64,000 nt of DNA, from positions 1 through 64,000 of IMG/VR virus record IMGVR_UViG_3300042731_005935; one strand, written 5' to 3'. Source of the stretch: a virus. The position numbers and the translations under genes were made by a program. Positions 27,970 to 37,821 of the stretch are shown piece by piece. Each line of letters begins with the position of its first letter. The stretch's first letter is position 1. The notes beneath the pieces were generated by a model that worked only from the letters and a program-made list of their open reading frames with translations, made no database searches and had not been told where the DNA came from.

Positions 27970-30537
27970 ATGGTAACTGGACTAATTATAGCAATTGTCG
28001 TTCTTGTTGCTGGTTTGTATATGGCATCTATGAATAGGCCTGATACGGAGCAACAAGATATGTCTCCAAACACCCTGGAGTCATTTAAAGCAACAACAAA
28101 TCAGGAAGGTGCTGTTGTTCCTCTTGTCTTTGGACAGGCAAGAATATCCGCTAATCTTTTGTGGTATGGAAATCTTGAGACCGAAGAAGTAACAGAAGAG
28201 GTTGAAACAGGTGGTAAGGGTGGTGGCGGCGGAAATAAAGAAGATGTTACTGTTGGATATAGATATTACATGGACATATGGGAAGCGCTCTGCATTGGTC
28301 CTGGTGTATCAGTACTTGGGACTTTTGTTAATGACAAGTTTGCCGGTGGAGCACTTGGAACCCTTAATCCAGGTGATACAACTTATTATCCGACGGAACC
28401 TGGTAGTTATGCGGCGCCTTTAAACCCGGTCGCACATGTTTTCATGAAACGCCAATATCTTGGTGAAAATGTAGCATCAGTGCCAACCTATCATTGGATA
28501 GTAAAAAGGCTTAGTGATGCGCCTTTAACACATGCTAACCTATCAAACGGAGTTAATCCAGCCGCAGCTATCTATGATATGTTACGGATGTCTGGTGCCG
28601 AACCTTCTGCATTTGTTCTATCTACCTTTCAAGATGCGGCTACTTATTGGTATACCAAAGGATATGGAATTAACATTACTCTCTCCAGGCAGGAGGAGAC
28701 AAGAAATGGAATTAAAAGGATCTTTACTTATGTTGATGGCAATCTTCGGGTGGATAATCAAGACCGCTTTGAACTAATTGCATGGAAAGATACAGATACA
28801 TATCAGTATACAATTGATCAAAACGATATCAAGGAATTTAACTTCAGGCGACGGAGTTGGTATGATGTATATACAGACTTCAGGGCAAACTTTATAGATA
28901 GTACACGTTCATATACTCAGCGAACAATCAGAGTGCGCAACACAGCCGTTCGGGATATAACTGGACAAGATCGCCAACTAACGGTAGATTTGACAGCATT
29001 CATTGACGTAAATACAGCAAGTAAACGCCTTTGGGAGATTATGAAGCAAATGTCTTATCCAGAAGCGGAAGTGTCAATGAAGGTAAGTTGGAAATATATT
29101 GGTGTTCGGGTTGGTGATGTTGTTCGTGTAAGCTATAATGATTATGGGATATCAGATCTTGATTTCCGCATTATTGGTATAGATATATCCAAAGCTGATT
29201 CCAATGAAATAACATGGACTTGTAAGCAACTTTTAAGCACTCTCTTTGATGCAAATTTTGAATTAGGAGGAGATCCACAATGGGTTGCTCCAAGTTATTC
29301 TCCACAGGTTCCATATGCGGCGCAAGTATTTGAATTACCCTACAATGAATTCACCGGACGTTCTCCTGCTTATTTACTACTCTGTGCCAGAAAAGGAGCG
29401 GAGACTGGCTTCAAGTGTATGTTATCTATAACCGGAACGGATTATGTAAGTAAAGGAACCTTCGGAACATTCACCCAACATGGTACACTGGATGAGACTT
29501 ATCCAGCAACAACGTATACAATTGATGATGAAATAGGCGTTCTATATACTCCAGATAGGGAAGATCCGCTATTTGATGATCTTGATAGAGCAGACCTTTT
29601 TTCAACAATGCGCTTTGTGATTATAGATGATGAAATTATGGCTTTCCAGAATGTTGATTATGAGGGTGGTGCTGGAGCTATAAGACTGACTGGAATTATT
29701 CGTGGAATCCTGAATACTACTATTGCCCAGCATAACTCCGGCGCTCATATCTGGATCACTGCTCTTCGGAATAATATCTTGAAAAACGTTACATCAACAA
29801 ATTTTTATATTAAGATGTTGCCATATTTTGGAACAGAAGTGGTTGACGCCTCTTCGGTTAGTCCAATATCTGTAACCTATGAAGAGAAGGCTGTGACACC
29901 TTGGACTCCATGGAATGGTGTTGCAACTCGCTCTGGCTCAGATATCTCCGTTGTCTTGAATAATACTACACAAGAGATCCTTGGAGCTGGAATGAGGGCC
30001 GCTGAGAATCAAACGCTTGAGGAGGTTCATCAGATAGAAGGCTTCATTCAATATGGTATTAACTCCCAGGCAGCACAATACGAATCGGTAACAGCGGAGT
30101 TTTCTTATGTCCAGGCTGGTTCACATTATCTTTATATGCGGCAATACCTTGAAGGAAGATATACCAACTGGGTAAGTATCTATGTTGGTGCGGCAGATGG
30201 TGATTACTATGTAGCTGCGAATCAGCTTACAAATACAGGTTTGGAGAAGGTTCAATGGGGGTCCCAGGGATTTATCGAAGTAATAAACAGAAATCTTTCA
30301 AGACTTAATGATGAATTACTTCTCGTATCGGGACTCCTTGATGTAGACCTTTCTGGCCTTGCAGATACAAATGCGTTGACGTGGAATGAATCAGCGCAAA
30401 AGTTTGAACCACTTGATTTTGAGGTTGCATTTTCAACTACCACGACAACAACCACCACCACAACCACTACAACCACAACCAGCTCAAGTTCCACAACCAC
30501 AACAACCACATCAAGTACCACAACAACTACAGTATAG
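27970..30537 (+). CDS. Central tail tip/host-specificity protein with Thr/Ser C-terminal tail
   Basis: 'VPLVFG..RISANLLWYG', 'GGKGGGG', 'NPAAAIYD'; ends with a ~33-residue S/T run. Confidence 0.88.
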   Translation: MVTGLIIAIVVLVAGLYMASMNRPDTEQQDMSPNTLESFKATTNQEGAVVPLVFGQARISANLLWYGNLETEEVTEEVETGGKGGGGGNKEDVTVGYRYYMDIWEALCIGPGVSVLGTFVNDKFAGGALGTLNPGDTTYYPTEPGSYAAPLNPVAHVFMKRQYLGENVASVPTYHWIVKRLSDAPLTHANLSNGVNPAAAIYDMLRMSGAEPSAFVLSTFQDAATYWYTKGYGINITLSRQEETRNGIKRIFTYVDGNLRVDNQDRFELIAWKDTDTYQYTIDQNDIKEFNFRRRSWYDVYTDFRANFIDSTRSYTQRTIRVRNTAVRDITGQDRQLTVDLTAFIDVNTASKRLWEIMKQMSYPEAEVSMKVSWKYIGVRVGDVVRVSYNDYGISDLDFRIIGIDISKADSNEITWTCKQLLSTLFDANFELGGDPQWVAPSYSPQVPYAAQVFELPYNEFTGRSPAYLLLCARKGAETGFKCMLSITGTDYVSKGTFGTFTQHGTLDETYPATTYTIDDEIGVLYTPDREDPLFDDLDRADLFSTMRFVIIDDEIMAFQNVDYEGGAGAIRLTGIIRGILNTTIAQHNSGAHIWITALRNNILKNVTSTNFYIKMLPYFGTEVVDASSVSPISVTYEEKAVTPWTPWNGVATRSGSDISVVLNNTTQEILGAGMRAAENQTLEEVHQIEGFIQYGINSQAAQYESVTAEFSYVQAGSHYLYMRQYLEGRYTNWVSIYVGAADGDYYVAANQLTNTGLEKVQWGSQGFIEVINRNLSRLNDELLLVSGLLDVDLSGLADTNALTWNESAQKFEPLDFEVAFSTTTTTTTTTTTTTTTSSSSTTTTTTSSTTTTTV

Positions 30538-30578
30538 GAGATAACCTAATATTATATGCGAAAGTGTAGGTAAACAAA

Positions 30579-30788
30579 ATGACAGTACTATCTCCAAGCG
30601 GACTTGAAACATTTGACTACGGGACACCCGGATGGAACCACATTTACAATCGTAATATGGATCTTCTTGAGAATCAGCTATTGAAACTGGCTGCTTTGCA
30701 GGATGTAGATGTAACAGGCTTAACCGATGAAGATGTTTTAATCTGGAGTACTTCTGCAAATAAATGGATTAGGACGGAGAGGTATTAA
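30579..30788 (+). CDS. Small protein paralogous to the C-terminal segment of the tail tip protein
   Basis: LSPSGLE...NRNMDLLENQLLKLAALQDVDV...LIW...KW. Confidence 0.8.
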   Translation: MTVLSPSGLETFDYGTPGWNHIYNRNMDLLENQLLKLAALQDVDVTGLTDEDVLIWSTSANKWIRTERY

Positions 30789-30789
30789 T

Positions 30790-31002
30790 ATGTCTATAAA
30801 CTTGAACCCATCAGGACTTGACCAGAGTGAGGTTGGTGATAGTAATTGGGTAAATACGCAGAATTCGAATATTACTTATCTCAACAGCACCTTGCTTAAA
30901 TTAAATTCACTCGGAGATGTTAATGTTTCGTCTCAACAGGATTTTGATGGATTGCAATGGGGTGAAGGTGCTGGTGAATGGGTGAATGTACCAACTATAT
31001 AA
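30790..31002 (+). CDS. Second small paralogue of the same segment
   Basis: LNPSGLD...NSNITYLNSTLLKLNSLGDVNV...LQW...EW. Confidence 0.8.
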   Translation: MSINLNPSGLDQSEVGDSNWVNTQNSNITYLNSTLLKLNSLGDVNVSSQQDFDGLQWGEGAGEWVNVPTI

Positions 31003-31016
31003 GGATAAATGAACCT

Positions 31017-31286
31017 ATGTCTGGATCAATTGACAAGGGTGTAGCGGATGTCGCCACTGGGATAGCTAAATTGATTGGAGATCCTGTGTTGATTGTACTT
31101 ACAATCGTTATTATTTCTCTTATCATCTTGCTATTCCTTATGACGAAATCTATGGAAAGGAAGGATAAAGCTCATAAACAATCAATAAAAGAACTTACAC
31201 ATGAATTGCATGAGAATAGTCAAACTCTCATGCGGCTTGCTACTTTAATCGAGGTACTTGTCCATGGAAGAAAACAAACTAGTTAA
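31017..31286 (+). CDS. Single-TM protein with coiled-coil (holin-like candidate)
   Basis: Hydrophobic 'VLIVLTIVIISLIILLFLM' followed by a charged helix. Confidence 0.55.
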   Translation: MSGSIDKGVADVATGIAKLIGDPVLIVLTIVIISLIILLFLMTKSMERKDKAHKQSIKELTHELHENSQTLMRLATLIEVLVHGRKQTS

Positions 31287-31527
31287 TCAGGAAGGCAGCA
31301 CTATGAATATTTTTAAAATGTTAGCAAATACAATACTCTATAAAGGATCTAAAGTTGCTGATTCAATGGTGATAGAGGCCAAGAGTAGAGCCAAAGAAGC
31401 CAGAGATGTTACACAACAGAAGATTGAAAATGTTTACGCACAACTGAATAGTTGTGTTGAGCGCGGAGATAGATGGTTTCTTGTACCGAATACTCCAATT
31501 GATGAATGTGGTAGAGAAGATAAATAA
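31264..31527 (+). CDS. Hypothetical protein
   Basis: ORF in operon; start uncertain (31264 or 31303). Confidence 0.55.
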   Translation: MEENKLVNQEGSTMNIFKMLANTILYKGSKVADSMVIEAKSRAKEARDVTQQKIENVYAQLNSCVERGDRWFLVPNTPIDECGREDK

Positions 31528-31623
31528 TTTTACCCCCGCATAAATAATATTTCAAAAGAATAGGAGGTGAAAAAAAAGTAAAATTGGTGGCAGAAAACAA
31601 TTACTTTGAAAAGGAGAAAAATA

Positions 31624-32016
31624 ATGCTTCAACAATTTACCATGTTTGTGGTTAACGCCTTGCTGTCCGTTTTGACACCTGAAAAGGTACGTGGATTCCT
31701 TCAATCCGGTATTGCCAAAATCAAGGAGTATGTCAGATCGACGCCAACCGATATTGATAATTCCCTTGTTATTCCGGCTTGCAATCTGGTGCTTGCTGCC
31801 CTTGAAATTCCCGGCCCAGACGGACAGATTGACATTAATGGAGAACTCAGAAAATTGTTTGACGCTCTGGGTGATCTGAAAACAATTTTTCTTGATGCTG
31901 GCCTGGATTATATTGAAGATAGGGTGATTGCCTCGGAGAACAAAGTTGACAATGCACTTATCCTGCCGGCGTGCAGTTTGGTACGTACCGTTCTCCGCGT
32001 ACCCGATAATGATTAA
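31624..32016 (+). CDS. Hypothetical protein with two internal repeats
   Basis: TPTDIDNSLVIPACNLVLAALEIP vs SENKVDNALILPACSLVRTVLRVP; AGGAG RBS. Confidence 0.75.
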   Translation: MLQQFTMFVVNALLSVLTPEKVRGFLQSGIAKIKEYVRSTPTDIDNSLVIPACNLVLAALEIPGPDGQIDINGELRKLFDALGDLKTIFLDAGLDYIEDRVIASENKVDNALILPACSLVRTVLRVPDND

Positions 32017-32042
32017 CTAAAATGGCAAAAGGAGGGACTCTA

Positions 32043-32432
32043 ATGTTTCAAAGAAAACAATTCATAATGCTCCTGGTAATGTTTATTACCATGGTATTTC
32101 TCTTTGGCTGTCCAATGATGCCAACTGGAGCGAAATCGGTTTCCCAGATGACACCGAAAGAAAAAGTCACCTGGATGTATGGAGTCTACAATTCGCAGTA
32201 TGCGGATTATCAATCGATGACTGGACATATCTGGGACGATACATCAGAGACATGGAAGAAGACTTCTTCTCCAACTTTGTCGGAAGATCAAAAGGAAATT
32301 CTGCGGAAACGCAAAGAAATCCTTACCAGGGTATATCCAATTATTAAATTATATGATTCTATGTTGAACAGCGGTGCTGTGCCGGACAGGGAGACCGAGC
32401 AAAAGATCATTGATCTTTTGAACGGATTGTAA
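32043..32432 (+). CDS. Putative lipoprotein
   Basis: Basic N-terminus, hydrophobic signal, lipobox-like LFGC; GGAGG RBS. Confidence 0.7.
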   Translation: MFQRKQFIMLLVMFITMVFLFGCPMMPTGAKSVSQMTPKEKVTWMYGVYNSQYADYQSMTGHIWDDTSETWKKTSSPTLSEDQKEILRKRKEILTRVYPIIKLYDSMLNSGAVPDRETEQKIIDLLNGL

Positions 32433-32509
32433 CTGATATAATCCGTTCCAAAACCTTGTAAAATATAGTATAATGGAAGTATAACTTTAGAAGCAAAGGA
32501 GATCGAACC

Positions 32510-32677
32510 ATGGCCGATCCGGCACTTGTTGTAATTGAAGGAGGCAAATTAATCCTGCAAGCGTATCTTAATTATATGCGGCAGGCGGGCAAGACGGAGG
32601 AAGAGGCTGAGGCACTCTACCGATCGGAAAAATCCCAGTTTGATTTCAATAAGCCGTCCAGCCTGGAAGACGTCTAA
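32510..32677 (+). CDS. Small hypothetical protein (55 aa, not in ORF track)
   Basis: AAGGAG RBS; MADPALVVIEGGKLILQAYLNYMRQAGK... Confidence 0.65.
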   Translation: MADPALVVIEGGKLILQAYLNYMRQAGKTEEEAEALYRSEKSQFDFNKPSSLEDV

Positions 32678-32698
32678 ACCCCCACACACCCATCGAAT

Positions 32699-32718
32699 GC
32701 CCCGGGTTCGCCCGGGGC
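32699..32718. terminator. Strong GC hairpin (possible terminator or processing stem)
   Basis: GCCCCGGG-TTCG-CCCGGGGC; no clear U-tract on the + strand. Confidence 0.45.
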
Positions 32719-32835
32719 AACTAAGGAATAAATTATAAAAAATCAAGATAACCAATTAATATATCCACCTAATCTTTTAAATATCCATAATTGCTCCGCT
32801 TGGCGGAAAGTAAATGGAGAAAAGAGGAGTAGAAA

Positions 32836-34326
32836 ATGAAAAAGAAAGATAAAAGAACCATTGGCATTTTCACGAATTTTCAAGAGTTTAATCCTGGTTA
32901 TAGCCTAACCGGCATTGTTGTTGATCAATCATTAATGCTCCTGGAAAACGGACATGATGTTCATGTGTTCGTCAATGAAACCTTCAATTCGAAATACAAT
33001 CAGGACGCAAGAATCTCCTACCTAATGAATAAATTCAGAGGGAAATTTCATTTACATAAAGCGACCAAGTTTATGCATTTGATTGATTATGAAACAAAAT
33101 CCACCCTTACGGAAGACCACAAAAAAGCCCTAATCGATGCTGCAAAGATCTTTACAGATAGCATTTTAAAATTTGACATTGATCGGATTTATACCCACGA
33201 TTTTATTTTTACTGGATGGAATCTTCCGTATGCTCTTGCAATAAAAGAAGCAAGCAGACTTCTATCCATAGCTGGCAAACAAGTTTATTGGCTCCATTGG
33301 ATCCATAGTGTGCCAGGATCCCATCGGAGAGATTGGTGGGATATTAATCAGTATGGGGATAATCATCTGATTGTATTTCCAAATAATATTGAAATTAATC
33401 GGATATGTGAAACATTTATGACAAATCCGTCAAGGGTCCGTATGATTCCACACATTAAAGATATCCGTACATGGTACGATTTTTCTGATGAATCGTGGGA
33501 ATTCACAAAACGGTATCCTCAGATAATGGAAGCAAATGTGGTCCAAGTTTATCCTATCTCAACCGACCGCATGTCAGCAAAGCAATTACAATTGGTGATC
33601 AAAATATTTGGTTATATGAAACAAGCCAAAGTTCCTGTTTTCCTGTGTGCTGCAAATCAATGGGCTACCGGTCGCCGGCGCAAGGAAGATGTTAATAAAT
33701 ACATCCTTCTTGCGGAACATTGTGGTCTTGAATATGGTAAGGAATTTGTCTTTACTTCTGAATATTCATATGATCCAGTACTTAATGATATTATCGAAAG
33801 CTCGGAGAATTTCGAGGAATTAGATCAAAGATTACCGAAATGCGAATCTTCCGGAGATGAAAAAGATGATACATATGGGCAATTCCTAAAAGGTATTAAA
33901 TGGGATGGTGATTTTGCGGAAGAAAAAGTCCGACTTCTGCAACTCTCCCAACCATATGCTACAGGTATCAGCCGCCGGATGCTTCGCGAACTTCAACTCC
34001 TATCTAATTTATTTATTTTTCCAACCCGTGAGGAGAGTTTTGGATTGGTTGGGCCAGAGGCAGCATTTTCAGGTGCCTTATGTATTATTAATCGAAGCTT
34101 AATTATGCAGTTTGAGGTTATGGGTTCAAATGCTCCGGCGTTTGACTTTGGTTCACACTATAATAATACTCCAAGTATTAATGATGAAAAATATATCCGT
34201 GGAGTCTCCTTTGCGATTCTAAATCGGATTTATTCTAATGAGGCGATCACGACCAAAATCCATTGTCGCCGGCGATACAACATGAACTCGATTTATAACC
34301 GGTATTATGTTCCCAATGCAATATAA
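32836..34326 (+). CDS. Glycosyltransferase, GT-B/GT4-like
   Basis: Ex7E motif in 'FIFPTREESFGLVGPEA'; N-terminal Rossmann strand 'GHDVHVFV'. Confidence 0.85.
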   Translation: MKKKDKRTIGIFTNFQEFNPGYSLTGIVVDQSLMLLENGHDVHVFVNETFNSKYNQDARISYLMNKFRGKFHLHKATKFMHLIDYETKSTLTEDHKKALIDAAKIFTDSILKFDIDRIYTHDFIFTGWNLPYALAIKEASRLLSIAGKQVYWLHWIHSVPGSHRRDWWDINQYGDNHLIVFPNNIEINRICETFMTNPSRVRMIPHIKDIRTWYDFSDESWEFTKRYPQIMEANVVQVYPISTDRMSAKQLQLVIKIFGYMKQAKVPVFLCAANQWATGRRRKEDVNKYILLAEHCGLEYGKEFVFTSEYSYDPVLNDIIESSENFEELDQRLPKCESSGDEKDDTYGQFLKGIKWDGDFAEEKVRLLQLSQPYATGISRRMLRELQLLSNLFIFPTREESFGLVGPEAAFSGALCIINRSLIMQFEVMGSNAPAFDFGSHYNNTPSINDEKYIRGVSFAILNRIYSNEAITTKIHCRRRYNMNSIYNRYYVPNAI

Positions 34327-34335
34327 GTGGGCGCC

Positions 34336-35010
34336 ATGCATATTGCTATTATACCAACAATGGAGATGGATCGTTGTCTCGATCTTGTTTACTCTATAAA
34401 TAAAGGGAAAATTAAACCAAGCAGAATTATTATTATCAATAATTCTGGTTCTGTTTACACTAAGGATTTATCTTTATATAATACTATTGTATGTAATTAT
34501 TCTAAAAATATTGGTGTAAATGCAGCATGGAACATTGGTTTAAAACTTGCCAAAGAGCAGTCCTCGCATTTATCTATATTAAATGATGATATTCTAATCA
34601 AAGAAGACTTTTTCAAAAGGATCAATCTCCTTCTTTCCATTAGATTATTACTCGATGTTCCTGTCTTTTGCCCATCTACAACTCATGATAAAACTTTATT
34701 TGATCGGTCGGAAGTAAATAATCATACAAGCCGGACTCATTATATGAGGAAGAAAGAAGGTTGGGCTTTTACAATCCGAGACCGGTTTGTTAAAATGATC
34801 AAACCGATTCCAGAGGAATTATTTGTTTTCTGTGGAGATGATTGGATTTGGAATGAAACGGTTAAGTATGGTACGATGTGGGTAAAAGATGAAAGAAATA
34901 TTATCTACCATACGGTTGGAGCAACTTTAAAAAATAACCCCAAACTCCGTGCTTTATTGAAGCATGAGAAAAGGATATTTCATGGGAAGGGTAAGTCTTG
35001 GAAGGCATAG
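34336..35010 (+). CDS. Glycosyltransferase, GT-A/GT2-like
   Basis: 'IIIINN', 'NIGVNAAWNIGL', 'ILNDDI', 'FCGDDW'. Confidence 0.85.
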   Translation: MHIAIIPTMEMDRCLDLVYSINKGKIKPSRIIIINNSGSVYTKDLSLYNTIVCNYSKNIGVNAAWNIGLKLAKEQSSHLSILNDDILIKEDFFKRINLLLSIRLLLDVPVFCPSTTHDKTLFDRSEVNNHTSRTHYMRKKEGWAFTIRDRFVKMIKPIPEELFVFCGDDWIWNETVKYGTMWVKDERNIIYHTVGATLKNNPKLRALLKHEKRIFHGKGKSWKA

Positions 35011-35494
35011 TTATGGAGATATTAAAGTAATTGGACAACGTTGCCATGTCTATGTTGGTAACTTTTGCTCTATTGCTGACCATGTTAAGGTGATTGTCCT
35101 CGGGCATGATCCAAACAATGTTTCCACATATCCTTTTAATAAGAAAAACTGGCAAAGGGCCGCCGATTCAAAAACGCATCCGGTTGTTTACGGAGATGTC
35201 CATATCGGGAATGATGTTTGGATCGGTTACAATGTAACGATAATGGGTGGAGTAAAGATTTGTGATGGAGCAGTGATTGCTGCCGAATCAGTTGTAACGA
35301 AAAATATTGAACCTTATACAATTAATTATGGTGTTCCAACCAGAGTAAAACGTTTAAGATTTACTCCATCAATTGTTTATAAATTATTAAATATAAAATG
35401 GTGGGAGTGGCCGGATGAAAAGATCGCCGAAAACGCTCATTTGCTTTGCAGTAAAAACATTGATGAATTCATAAGACTTCACGGGAGGAAGTAA
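34982..35494 (+). CDS. Hexapeptide-repeat O-acetyltransferase (CatB/Vat-like fold)
   Basis: 'VGNFCSIA', 'STYPF', 'HIGNDVWIG', 'WWEW'. Confidence 0.9.
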   Translation: MGRVSLGRHSYGDIKVIGQRCHVYVGNFCSIADHVKVIVLGHDPNNVSTYPFNKKNWQRAADSKTHPVVYGDVHIGNDVWIGYNVTIMGGVKICDGAVIAAESVVTKNIEPYTINYGVPTRVKRLRFTPSIVYKLLNIKWWEWPDEKIAENAHLLCSKNIDEFIRLHGRK

Positions 35495-35495
35495 A

Positions 35496-36068
35496 ATGGC
35501 AATCAAGACACCGAGGGAATATCGGCAGATGGAATTCAGGCAATTACTTTTCGAATTGGTATGCCTGCTCAAACCACATACTTATGTGGAGATTGGAGTA
35601 AAAGACGGGTGGACATTCAATAAGATTGCTCCACTTGTTGAACGCGCCGTTGGTGTGGATATTGTAGCGTCTCCAGTAGAAAGACTTCCACATGTTGAAT
35701 TTATCCATGATAATTCTGCCAGGTTTGCAAAAACATGGAAGGATCCAATCGATTTCCTTTTTATTGATGCATACCACGAATGTGAAGGAGTCTTACTTGA
35801 TTTCTACCGTTTGCATCCTTTCGTTCGGCCAGAAACCGGAATGATTTTTCTCCATGATACATATCCTGTGAAACCGGAATTACTTCTTCCAGGTTATTGT
35901 CACAATGCATGGAGAGCGGCAAAGACGATCCGGGAGAAGTTTGTTGAAGAATTTGAAATTGTTACACTCCCCGGTCCGTGGGCAGGCCTCTCAATACTTC
36001 GGAAATTGAAAGATGGCAGGCACGGGTGGATGGACAAAGATGCCTTCGCTGGAGGGAGAGGAAGATGA
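35496..36068 (+). CDS. Class I SAM methyltransferase (Methyltransf_24-like)
   Basis: 'YVEIGV', 'DFLFIDAYH', 'FLHDT'. Confidence 0.85.
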   Translation: MAIKTPREYRQMEFRQLLFELVCLLKPHTYVEIGVKDGWTFNKIAPLVERAVGVDIVASPVERLPHVEFIHDNSARFAKTWKDPIDFLFIDAYHECEGVLLDFYRLHPFVRPETGMIFLHDTYPVKPELLLPGYCHNAWRAAKTIREKFVEEFEIVTLPGPWAGLSILRKLKDGRHGWMDKDAFAGGRGR

Positions 36069-37207
36069 CTAAATTACTTTTTCTTTTTATGAGCCAAGGG
36101 GCAGCATCTCCTGGAACGACTAAACGGGTGTATCCAACAAATGATTGTGGAACAAAATATATGGATGCATTTGCAGGAGAAGGCTATTTCAAGATGCTGG
36201 ATGTACTCCTCAAAAATAAAGTGATTGATGACTTGAAGATTTTCTTTGAGTCGAATGTCCAGCCCGGCATAGCGTCCTGGGTGAAGGGCCCTTCAACATA
36301 TTGCGAAGTAATTCCGGAGATTCGTTTTGTTGAGGAGTATATTGAGGAGGACACAATCATCTTTGTCCGCGGCGGGTTTAAACACTGGCATGATTTACTT
36401 TTGAAATACAAAAATAAAAATTGGCTTTTACTTTATGGTGCAAATACCGGAAGAGAAAGATGGACATGGTGGGATATTATTTTTGATGATATCTTGTGTA
36501 AAAATGAAATTGATCGGCATGGAAGATATTGGTTTCCTTTTATCAAACCAATAAATGAGGAGATGTTTTTTCCGGAAGATACGATACGGCAGCAACCAAT
36601 TCCTCAATGGGACTTTTGCATCGGAGCATCTCATATTCATGACAGGAAAGGACAATGGAGAATTTTTAACGCTATACTGGAATATAATAAAAAATATGGA
36701 GAACTTCATACGATTATGCCTGGCGGACCGCGACGTGGATTGAAAACGCTTGAGATGATTAAAAATCTTCCGAATGCAAAGTATGTAGAAACGCCCGGTC
36801 ATGTTCATCGAACCGAACTTCAGAGAATTTTTAATGATTCAAAATATTTTATCCACTTTGGTGCTCATGGACAAAATGACCGCGGTCCGATTGAGGCACT
36901 TGCATGTGGGACACCTGTAGTAATTGGTTCTCCGAGTTATCATGCACCATTCTTATCTGATATATGTTACACGGGTTGCAATATTAATGATCCGGTTTCG
37001 ATAGCAGAGAGTTTGAAGATATTACTTGAACGCTGGACAATTGAGGAGAAAAGTAAAACATATTGGAAATATAAGAAGAAAAGTGGATTCAATGAAATAA
37101 TTATTCCAAGGATGATAATGCTATTTTCTCTCATAAAACACATGAAACCAACAATAAAGGCAAAACAACTTATAATGGAGGAGGTAATGAATCATGCGAT
37201 CAGTTAG
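36065..37207 (+). CDS. Glycosyltransferase, GT-B-like
   Basis: 'DRKGQ' and 'NDRGPIEALACGTPVV' donor-binding motif. Confidence 0.75.
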   Translation: MTKLLFLFMSQGAASPGTTKRVYPTNDCGTKYMDAFAGEGYFKMLDVLLKNKVIDDLKIFFESNVQPGIASWVKGPSTYCEVIPEIRFVEEYIEEDTIIFVRGGFKHWHDLLLKYKNKNWLLLYGANTGRERWTWWDIIFDDILCKNEIDRHGRYWFPFIKPINEEMFFPEDTIRQQPIPQWDFCIGASHIHDRKGQWRIFNAILEYNKKYGELHTIMPGGPRRGLKTLEMIKNLPNAKYVETPGHVHRTELQRIFNDSKYFIHFGAHGQNDRGPIEALACGTPVVIGSPSYHAPFLSDICYTGCNINDPVSIAESLKILLERWTIEEKSKTYWKYKKKSGFNEIIIPRMIMLFSLIKHMKPTIKAKQLIMEEVMNHAIS

Positions 37208-37820
37208 TAAAATGTATGGTGATAGTTTCTTCCATCGTAGGAAGAAGTTGATTTGGCGCGCTCCAATACTTTGTGAAATTATTAAAGAAATATTTCCTGG
37301 TGCAAAAAGTATCATTGATGTTGGTTGCGCCATTGGAGAGTTTGTACATCAATTCCAAAAAATGGGGATATCTTCAGAAGGTATTGAGGGTAGTGAAAGT
37401 GCATTAAAGTACGCATCTCCAGAGACCGGTATATCATTATGGGATATTAGAACACCATTACCTACCTCAAAAACCTGTATTGGTAAAACATGGAATTTGT
37501 GCATGTGTCTTGAAGTTGCAGAACATATCGAAGAGGAATATACAAATATATTTATTGATAATCTTTGCTTCTTATCAAATACTATTTTGATATCTGCTGC
37601 ACCCCCAGGACAACAAGGATACGGTCATTTTAATTGTCAAAAAATGGAATATTGGGAAATCAAATTCGGAATTAGAGACTACAGGAGAAGAGTTGAAAAA
37701 GAAAAGCGTTTTAAAAGTCTCCTTGAACCTTACAAGAGGAAGAAGGGTTTGAGTGGATATTATAACAATATCATGATTTATGAACATAATGATATTATAT
37801 TGCATAAATATTGGGGGTAA
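37194..37820 (+). CDS. Class I SAM methyltransferase
   Basis: 'IIDVGCAIG', 'CLEVAEH', 'SAAPPGQQGYGHFNCQ'. Confidence 0.88.
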   Translation: MRSVSKMYGDSFFHRRKKLIWRAPILCEIIKEIFPGAKSIIDVGCAIGEFVHQFQKMGISSEGIEGSESALKYASPETGISLWDIRTPLPTSKTCIGKTWNLCMCLEVAEHIEEEYTNIFIDNLCFLSNTILISAAPPGQQGYGHFNCQKMEYWEIKFGIRDYRRRVEKEKRFKSLLEPYKRKKGLSGYYNNIMIYEHNDIILHKYWG

Positions 37821-37821
37821 A

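Noticed and set aside
16217-30521. Minus-strand poly-Val ORFs (16217..16459, 18818..19156, 30252..30521)
   Set aside because: They are antisense shadows of the Thr-codon runs and oppose the operon direction.
23920-30541. Diversity-generating retroelement TR/VR pair
   Set aside because: The repeat is only 34 bp and identical (no adenine-specific mismatches), and no reverse transcriptase is in the window.
34982-35494. Antibiotic-resistance acetyltransferase (catB/vat)
   Set aside because: Same fold, but it is embedded among glycosyltransferases and methyltransferases, so sugar O-acetylation is more parsimonious.
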